DNA from: Acholeplasma laidlawii PG-8A
GTDB lineage: Bacteria > Bacillota_I > Bacilli_A > Acholeplasmatales > Acholeplasmataceae
NCBI RefSeq assembly: GCF_000018785.1
Contig: NC_010163.1
Location: 420,001-452,000 of the forward strand
Length of the DNA: 32,000 bases
Direction: 5' to 3'
Of the stretch, positions 26,057 to 32,000 are shown in pieces; the first letter of the stretch is position 1; each line of letters begins with the position of its first letter. A program made the translations under genes and the position numbers. Under the pieces are notes generated by a model. The model was not told the origin of the DNA and searched no databases. It saw only the letters and a program-made list of their open reading frames with translations.

Positions 26057-27173
26057 AAAAGATATGTTAAACTCAATTAAATCAGATATAGAATCTCATA
26101 TTCCAAAAGATGCACCTAAAATGGATTATGCACTTATAAGTGCATTAAGAGCTGAGGAAGATTTAGGACAAGAAAGCCTTCCTAAGCGTTTTAGAATGCC
26201 TATATTTAATTTAAAAATGGTCATGAGTGTTTTACTTATATCCATTATTGCTGTAGGTATTTGGGTACTTAATACACCTAAAGGCATAAGTGAAGTAGAA
26301 CTACCGTCTGGTAAGGACATTCTAGAACAAGAAATGAATGTATTACCATTATCATTTTTATCTAATGCTTCACTTTTACCATCTGCAAAAGATCGAAATA
26401 TCAACCAAAATCTATCCTTAAATCTAAACACAAACCTTACTGATGTTTCCCCGATGGATGATTTAAAACCATTCTTAAGTCTTGTAGAATCTATTTTAAA
26501 TGGTAAGACTAAACCTGTTGTAGAGGTTAAAGTTTCCACCAATCCAGAATATGAAACCTATGTAGTTGTTCAAACATCAGATTTACTTGGTATGGGTTTT
26601 AGTTATGAATTATATTACAATGTAAAATCATTTGATAAAAAAGATGATAACACTACTTTTAGTATTGAAGGTATCATGATTAAAGATGGTTTAAACTATA
26701 CCATGTATGGTAAAAAAGAAGTAGAGTCTGATGAAGAGACCATCACAATCAGAAGTTATCTTGATGATGTAACTTATATTGAAACAATCTATGAAACAGA
26801 TACAGAAGAATCTGAGTATACCATTAAGCATGTAAAAAACAATCAAACTATTTATGAATCTGTCCTTCAAATTGAAAGTGATGAAGAAGAGTTTGAAATT
26901 GAATTAGAAATATATACAGCTTCTACAAAATCTGTTTATAAAATGAGTTATGAACTAGATGAAGATGAACCTGTAATTGAAATAGAGTTTGAAATAGAAG
27001 AACTTATAACTGGAAATAAAAAATCTGGTGAAATGTCTATATACATACGTATAGACGATGTCACCAACATGAGTCATTATGAGGTCTTTATTACGACAGA
27101 AGATGAAAGTTATGAAGAAACATATGATAGAGATGATCATGAAGATGATGACGAAGATGACTTAAGTATTTAA
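26037..27173 (+). CDS. Putative anti-sigma factor: short cytoplasmic N-terminus, one TM helix, and an acidic ectodomain paralogous to lipoprotein 24521-25486
   Basis: Overlaps the end of the sigma gene. TM helix is MVMSVLLISIIAVGIWVL. The ectodomain aligns by eye with the lipoprotein (FSIEGIMIKDGLNYTMYGKKEVESDEE vs [27 protein letters not shown]) and has an acidic C-terminus DRDDHEDDDEDD. There is no zf-HC2 motif, so the anti-sigma role rests on position and topology only. Confidence 0.6.
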   Translation: MVNMMRKKDMLNSIKSDIESHIPKDAPKMDYALISALRAEEDLGQESLPKRFRMPIFNLKMVMSVLLISIIAVGIWVLNTPKGISEVELPSGKDILEQEMNVLPLSFLSNASLLPSAKDRNINQNLSLNLNTNLTDVSPMDDLKPFLSLVESILNGKTKPVVEVKVSTNPEYETYVVVQTSDLLGMGFSYELYYNVKSFDKKDDNTTFSIEGIMIKDGLNYTMYGKKEVESDEETITIRSYLDDVTYIETIYETDTEESEYTIKHVKNNQTIYESVLQIESDEEEFEIELEIYTASTKSVYKMSYELDEDEPVIEIEFEIEELITGNKKSGEMSIYIRIDDVTNMSHYEVFITTEDESYEETYDRDDHEDDDEDDLSI

Positions 27174-27182
27174 TTAAAGATG

Positions 27183-27215
27183 AAAACTTGATTTAGGTCA
27201 AGTTTTTATTTTTAT
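27183..27215 (+). terminator. Intrinsic terminator after the sigma/anti-sigma unit
   Basis: 9-bp stem AAAACTTGA / TCAAGTTTT, 6-nt loop, followed by TTATTTTT. Confidence 0.7.
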
Positions 27216-27261
27216 GTTCATACTATAATAAGGGTGTAGAATAAGAAAAGAGGTATGAACA

Positions 27262-27564
27262 ATGAAAGAAAATAGTTTTAAGTTAGCTAGAAATACATAT
27301 ATGGATAAATTAAAAATGTATGTACCAATTGTTGATCGTGTACATGGTAAACTACATCCTGAGTTTCATGATGTAAGACGCGTATTTGATGTACTTGATG
27401 ATAAACTTAATCAAAGTAATTTAGACTTAAAAAATGAGTTTGAAGCGTTAAAAGTAATCACTAATCATTATAAAGTACCACATGATGTATGTGAAAGTTA
27501 TGAAGCCGTTTACCAAATGCTAGAAGAACTTAATAAGGCATATGATGAAAGTGCGGTGGTCTGA
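27262..27564 (+). CDS. Small His/acid-rich helical protein of unknown function (hemerythrin/RIC-like VHGxxHPE motif)
   Basis: 100 aa. RVHGKLHPEFHDV plus a second cluster NHYKVPHDVCESYE. The stop overlaps the ATPase start (TGATG). Confidence 0.6.
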   Translation: MKENSFKLARNTYMDKLKMYVPIVDRVHGKLHPEFHDVRRVFDVLDDKLNQSNLDLKNEFEALKVITNHYKVPHDVCESYEAVYQMLEELNKAYDESAVV

Positions 27565-29420
27565 TGGTCTCATTTATACATAAACAAAGGATGAAAATCA
27601 TGATACTTTCATTCTTATTGATTGTATCAGGGTTTATAGCACATTATGTTTTCGATCAAAAACTGATATTTGATGTAACATTTATCATTGCATCTGTTAT
27701 AGGTGTATTACCGATTGCAATATCTGCCTTTCAAGCATTAAAAGTGAAAGTTATTAGTATTGATTTACTTGTTACAATTGCAGTTGTTGGTGCATTTATT
27801 ATTAAGGCATATGAAGAGTCTGCAATTGTTACATTCCTATTTTTATTTGGTGCTTATTTAGAACAAAGAACACTTAATAAGACAAGATCAGCGATTAAGG
27901 CACTAACTGAAATGGCACCTGAAACTGCACTTAAAAAGATGGATGATGGTGAGTTTTTAGAAGTTGGTATTGATGATGTAGAAGTAACTGATATTTTATT
28001 AGTTAAAACGGGTGCTAAGGTGCCTGTGGATGGTATTGTTTTAAGTGGTAGTGCCTATATTAATGAAGCAAGTATTACAGGTGAAGCAGTATCTGTTAAA
28101 AAAGTTGTCGACTCCAAAGTATTTGCAGGTACGATTTTAGATAATGGAACAATAGAAATCATTGCACAAAAAGTAGGAGAAGATACTACGTTTGGTAAAA
28201 TCATAGAACTTGTTGAAGAAGCACAAGATTCGAAGTCTGAGGCTGAAAAGTTTATTGATAGGTTTGCTACATGGTATACGCCGTTTGTTTTAGTACTTGC
28301 GCTTATTGTTTGGGTGATTACACAAGATGTAGCATTAGCTATTACAATACTCGTACTAGGTTGCCCGGGTGCGCTTGTGATTGGTGTACCAGTATCTAAT
28401 GTTGCAGGTATTGGAAATGGTGCAAGACATGGTGTGTTACTAAAGGGTAGCGAAGTGATTGGTAACTTTAGTAAGGTGGATACCATCGTTTTTGATAAAA
28501 CAGGAACACTTACAATTGGACACCCTGTACTAAGATATGAGGCTTATTATGAATTGGATAAAAAAGATATCATACCTTATATTTACAGTGTAGAAAAACA
28601 ATCAGATCATCCGCTTGCAAAGGCTATTACCAATCATTTGAAAGATGCCAAAACACTACCTATAGACCACACAGATGTTATCAAAGGTGGTGGGATTGTT
28701 GCAAGTATTCATGAAAGAAAAGTATTTATTGGAAATACAGTACTTATGAAAGATAATGGTATAGAAATAAAGTCAGATATCATGGATGAAATTAGTAGAT
28801 TAGAACATGAAGGACACTCCATAGTGCTTACGGCTATAGATGAAAAGTTAGTAAGTTTAATGGGTATTCGTGATGAAGTAAGACCGAATCTTAAAAAGGA
28901 TTTAAAACATATCAAAAAAATGGGTGTTAAAAACTTAATCGTATTATCTGGTGATAATCAAGGTAGTGTTGATATCGTAGCTAAAGAGTTAGGACTTACA
29001 AAAGCAATTGGCAACATGTTACCAGAAGATAAAGCAAACTACATTAAGGAACTAATGAATGAAGGTCATATCATCGCCTTTGTAGGGGATGGTGTGAATG
29101 ATAGTCCATCGATTGCACTTGCACATATTGGTATAGCAATGGGTGGTGGAACCGATGTTGCGATTGAAACATCAGATGTTGTATTAATGAATGATAACAT
29201 CAATAAATTACCACATGCTTTAGGGTTAGCAAAAGCAACTAAACATAATATGATCCAAAATATATTAATTGCAATAGGCGTTGTAGTCGTATTATTAGTA
29301 AGTTTATTTTGGGGTGAATGGGTGAATATGAGTATTGGTATGTTAGTTCATGAAGCAAGTATATTAGTAGTCATTTTAAATGCCATGAGACTTTTAAGAT
29401 TTAAAACAAAGATTAATTGA
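27564..29420 (+). CDS. P1B-type heavy-metal-translocating ATPase lacking an N-terminal metal-binding domain; TM motif is CPG
   Basis: ITGEAVSV (TGE), GCPGALVIGVP (28362-28370 encodes CPG), DKTGTLT, HPLAKAI (HP dipeptide) and GDGVNDSP. At 618 aa it starts directly with TM helices. Confidence 0.88.
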   Translation: MVSFIHKQRMKIMILSFLLIVSGFIAHYVFDQKLIFDVTFIIASVIGVLPIAISAFQALKVKVISIDLLVTIAVVGAFIIKAYEESAIVTFLFLFGAYLEQRTLNKTRSAIKALTEMAPETALKKMDDGEFLEVGIDDVEVTDILLVKTGAKVPVDGIVLSGSAYINEASITGEAVSVKKVVDSKVFAGTILDNGTIEIIAQKVGEDTTFGKIIELVEEAQDSKSEAEKFIDRFATWYTPFVLVLALIVWVITQDVALAITILVLGCPGALVIGVPVSNVAGIGNGARHGVLLKGSEVIGNFSKVDTIVFDKTGTLTIGHPVLRYEAYYELDKKDIIPYIYSVEKQSDHPLAKAITNHLKDAKTLPIDHTDVIKGGGIVASIHERKVFIGNTVLMKDNGIEIKSDIMDEISRLEHEGHSIVLTAIDEKLVSLMGIRDEVRPNLKKDLKHIKKMGVKNLIVLSGDNQGSVDIVAKELGLTKAIGNMLPEDKANYIKELMNEGHIIAFVGDGVNDSPSIALAHIGIAMGGGTDVAIETSDVVLMNDNINKLPHALGLAKATKHNMIQNILIAIGVVVVLLVSLFWGEWVNMSIGMLVHEASILVVILNAMRLLRFKTKIN

Positions 29421-29493
29421 TTTAAATCAAGGTTTATTAAAATACTTGAGTATATAATAGAAGTATAAAATAAAAATAAAGGAAGTAATAATA

Positions 29494-29726
29494 ATGAAAA
29501 AAACTACAATTCAATTAGAAACATTAACTTGTCCGTCTTGTCTACAAAAAATAAATAATGCAGTAAAAGGCTTAGATGGTGTTAATAAAGATAGTGTCAA
29601 TGTCATGTTAATTCAAGTAAAGTTAAATTAGAATTTGATGACTCAAAACTAGATATTGATAAAATTGACCAAGCAATTAAGTCTCAAGGATATGAAGTAA
29701 TCAAATCTAATACAAAAGATATCTAA
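29494..29726 (+). pseudogene. HMA-domain metallochaperone (CopZ-like) interrupted by a 1-nt frameshift
   Basis: Frame 1: MKKTTIQLETLTCPSCLQKINNAVKGLDGVNKDSVNVM, then a stop at 29629-29631. From 29610 in the +1 frame: NSSKVKLEFDDSKLDIDKIDQAIKSQGYEVIKSNTKDI*. Joined, they form a complete ~77-aa HMA fold. The break is at the TT at 29608-29609, where TTT is expected. Confidence 0.8.
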
Positions 29727-29761
29727 GTAAAAAATGAAACCGATTTGTTAACATGAATCAT

Positions 29762-29790
29762 TTGACTTCAAATCTATAATCATATATAAT
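29762..29790 (+). promoter_or_regulatory. Sigma-70-type promoter of the EIIA gene
   Basis: TTGACT (29762-29767), 17-nt spacer, TATAAT (29785-29790). Confidence 0.6.
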
Positions 29791-29822
29791 CACTTAGGCT
29801 AAACGAGTAAAGGAAATAATAT

Positions 29823-30269
29823 ATGAACTTATTTGAAATTGATCATATCCATTTAGATTTAGAAGTATCCAGTAAAGATGAACTCTTTGACTTTATTGCT
29901 AATGCACTTAAAGCATTAGGGCGTATTACTGAAAGTGCTGATTTTAAAAAAGCGCTAGAAAAACGTGAAAGCGAAATTTCGACAGGTCTTGGTGAAGGTC
30001 TAGGTATGCCACATACTTTAGATACATCTGTGATGTTTCCAACGATGCTATATATTCGCTTAAAAAACGAAATAGACTATCAAGCAATCGATGGTTTACC
30101 AGTAAAGGAAATATACGCAATTGCAATGCCAAACAGCTATCAAAAAGAGCATTTAGAGTTGATTAGCAAGATTGCTACTATCTATATAGATGAAACATCA
30201 AAACAAGAAATTAGAGCACTAGATACAAAAGAAAGTATTCATAGTTTCATCTCTAAAAACTTAAAATAA
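29823..30269 (+). CDS. Stand-alone PTS EIIA domain protein (fructose/mannitol/PtsN type 2)
   Basis: 148 aa. PTS_EIIA_2-like pattern with the phosphorylatable His in GEGLGMPHT. Confidence 0.8.
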   Translation: MNLFEIDHIHLDLEVSSKDELFDFIANALKALGRITESADFKKALEKRESEISTGLGEGLGMPHTLDTSVMFPTMLYIRLKNEIDYQAIDGLPVKEIYAIAMPNSYQKEHLELISKIATIYIDETSKQEIRALDTKESIHSFISKNLK

Positions 30270-30277
30270 CACAAAGT

Positions 30278-30312
30278 CCGCATAAATTATCGTTTATGCG
30301 GTTTTATTTTTT
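30278..30312 (+). terminator. Intrinsic terminator of the EIIA gene
   Basis: CCGCATAAA / TTTATGCGG 9-bp stem followed by TTTTATTTTTT. Confidence 0.85.
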
Positions 30313-30343
30313 ATGGCATGTTAAAATAATTTTAGGTGATGAC

Positions 30344-30853
30344 ATGAGAGTTGAAATTTGGTTTGACTTCAATCAAGAGAGTTTAGAAGTCATAAATAAT
30401 TTAAATAATGCCTTTGAGCGCTTTAAACATTCTAAAGATGTGGATATCTTATTTAGATCTTTACCGCAAAAAGAAGAGCACTTTAAATACCATGAAATAT
30501 TTCAGTATGGGAGAAAAAAAGGATTAAAACACAGTTATTTATGTACTGTTTTTGATTTATTTAAAAGTAAAACTGATTTGACAACTGGTTTAGAAAGCCG
30601 TTTATCACCATATCATGTAGATATTAAAGATTTACAAACAAATTTAAAAGATCATAAGAGTTTAAGAATTGTTAAAAATCAATTAGAACATGCAGCACTT
30701 CAAAAAATCGATACTGCTCCAACACTTACCTTTACCCATGGGTTTAGATTAGTGGGCGTTAGTTCTATTTCTGATATTGAACAAACCTTAATTAAGATGT
30801 ATGAAAAGGACTCTGGAATTAAATACTGTATAGAAGAAGATTGTGAAAGATGA
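30344..30853 (+). CDS. DsbA/FrnE-like thioredoxin-fold protein lacking the CxxC active site
   Basis: MRVEIWFDFNQESLEV aligns with the I-E-I-W-S-D-F-x-C-P-x-C start of FrnE-like DsbA proteins, but has NQES in place of CPxC. C-terminal APTLTFTHGFRLVGVSS resembles the cis-Pro loop region. The start is placed at ATG 30344 after TAGGTGA; the track start at 30296 lies inside the upstream terminator. Confidence 0.6.
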   Translation: MRVEIWFDFNQESLEVINNLNNAFERFKHSKDVDILFRSLPQKEEHFKYHEIFQYGRKKGLKHSYLCTVFDLFKSKTDLTTGLESRLSPYHVDIKDLQTNLKDHKSLRIVKNQLEHAALQKIDTAPTLTFTHGFRLVGVSSISDIEQTLIKMYEKDSGIKYCIEEDCER

Positions 30854-30874
30854 TGTGAAAATCATCTTTTTTTG
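30847..30874 (+). terminator. Intrinsic terminator overlapping the DsbA-like stop
   Basis: AAGATGAT / ATCATCTT 8-bp stem, loop GTGAAA, followed by TTTTT. Confidence 0.7.
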
Positions 30875-30952
30875 TAAATATGCATAAAAATGAGTGGCAT
30901 CATGGTATACTTGATAAGGTTCAAAAAACGAAAAAGAAATAAGGGATACTAA

Positions 30953-32000
30953 ATGGCAATTTTATTTAACGATTTACCAATATTAGATACAACAAAAGTA
31001 GCATTAGAAAAATTAGGTTTTACTGAAGCTACACCAATACAGGAACAAGCAATTCCAAAGATGATTTTAGGTTTAGACTTAATCGGTCAAGCTCAAACAG
31101 GAACAGGAAAGACATTTGCTTTTGGCATACCGATGGTCGAAAAAACTGATACATCCTTAAGACAAACTCAAGGTTTAATTTTAACTCCAACTAGAGAATT
31201 AACAAATCAAGTGTACAAAGAGATTATTAAATTAGTGAAGTTTTACCCAGAATTAAGAGTTACAACCATCGTTGGTGGTGAGTCCTATGAAAAACAATTC
31301 AAGGAACTAGACAGAAAACCACATATCATTGTTGCAACACCAGGACGTATTATTGATCATATCGATCGAGGTACAGTGGATTTATCACACATTACAACAC
31401 TTACATTAGATGAAGCTGATGAAATGTTAAAAATGGGTTTCCAAGATGATATCGAACGCATTCTACAAACAACACCAGAAACACGTCAAACTGTATTATT
31501 TTCTGCAACAATGCCAGCATTTATTAAAAAGATAGCTAAAAACTATCAAAAAAATCCTGAGCTTATTAAAATTGAAGCAAAAAGTTTAACAGTTGATCGT
31601 ATTACTCAAGCTTACTTCTTAGTTAAAGAAAAAGAAAAACAAAGTTTATTAGAACGTCTATTAGATTTTGAAAATCCATCAACTGCAATTATTTTTGTGA
31701 ATACAAAAGCAGGTGCGGATAGAATTACTGAAAGTTTACAAAAAGCAGGATTTACTGCGGATGCACTTCATGGTGACTTAAAACAATCACAACGTACATA
31801 CGTTATGAATCGTTTTAGAAGTAAACAACTATCTATCTTAGTAGCAACAGACGTTGCAGCTAGAGGGTTAGACGTTGATGATGTTGAAATTATTGTAAAC
31901 TATGATTTACCTCAACAAGATGAAATCTATGTTCACCGTATTGGCCGTACAGGTCGTGCTGGTAAAAAAGGTAAAGCATTCACATTTGTTACACCACTTA
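30953..32000 (+). CDS. cshA: DEAD-box ATP-dependent RNA helicase (CshA-like); the C-terminus runs off the right edge
   Basis: Q-motif FTEATPIQ, AQTGTGKT, PTRELT, DEADEML, SAT and HRIGRTGRAG. Open at the window edge, so absent from the ORF track. Confidence 0.92.
   Translation, partial: MAILFNDLPILDTTKVALEKLGFTEATPIQEQAIPKMILGLDLIGQAQTGTGKTFAFGIPMVEKTDTSLRQTQGLILTPTRELTNQVYKEIIKLVKFYPELRVTTIVGGESYEKQFKELDRKPHIIVATPGRIIDHIDRGTVDLSHITTLTLDEADEMLKMGFQDDIERILQTTPETRQTVLFSATMPAFIKKIAKNYQKNPELIKIEAKSLTVDRITQAYFLVKEKEKQSLLERLLDFENPSTAIIFVNTKAGADRITESLQKAGFTADALHGDLKQSQRTYVMNRFRSKQLSILVATDVAARGLDVDDVEIIVNYDLPQQDEIYVHRIGRTGRAGKKGKAFTFVTPL

Overview
This is a low-GC (about 30%) chromosomal segment that uses the standard code: TGA serves as a stop codon for scrK, smpB, marR and others, and Trp is encoded by TGG. 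Gene content and protein sequences look Acholeplasma-like or otherwise low-GC Firmicutes/Tenericutes; that placement is an inference and was not searched.

Most of the window is ordinary housekeeping:
- gpmI (partial), then an FMN riboswitch controlling ribU.
- eno and mgsA.
- A tightly overlapping operon: rnr, smpB, patatin, PAP2 phosphatase and GNAT, ending at tRNA-Arg(CCG).
- A PfkB sugar kinase.
- A Y-family polymerase with its YolD partner.
- marR followed by a heterodimeric ABC exporter.
- On the minus strand: a TVP38 membrane protein, fabV, a CIRCE-controlled hsp20, a GlcD-like FAD oxidase and phnA.
- At the right end: PTS EIIA, a DsbA-like protein and a DEAD-box helicase (partial).

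I saw no CRISPR array, IS element, transposase, integrase or rRNA.

Two regions stand out as candidate undescribed systems.
1. 10427-12548. Just downstream of the tRNA lies a terminator-bounded two-gene operon. It encodes an Mrr-type PD-(D/E)xK nuclease fused to two HRDC-like domains, and a 2H (HxT x2) phosphoesterase fused to a DUF4288-like domain.
2. 24521-27173. An ECF-type sigma factor gene sits between a very acidic lipoprotein (with a poly-Asp trinucleotide tract) and a membrane protein whose ectodomain is a clear paralog of that lipoprotein. Directly after it comes a metal module: a small His-rich protein translationally coupled to an MBD-less P1B ATPase with a CPG motif, then a frameshifted CopZ-like HMA gene.

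Several regulatory sites are readable directly from the sequence:
- An FMN riboswitch with a terminator.
- CIRCE overlapping the hsp20 -35 element.
- A FabT-like palindrome ahead of fabV.
- A perfect 18-bp palindrome at the marR promoter.
- A G8 tract serving as the mgsA ribosome-binding site.

All functional calls rest on motif recognition by eye. No database search was run.
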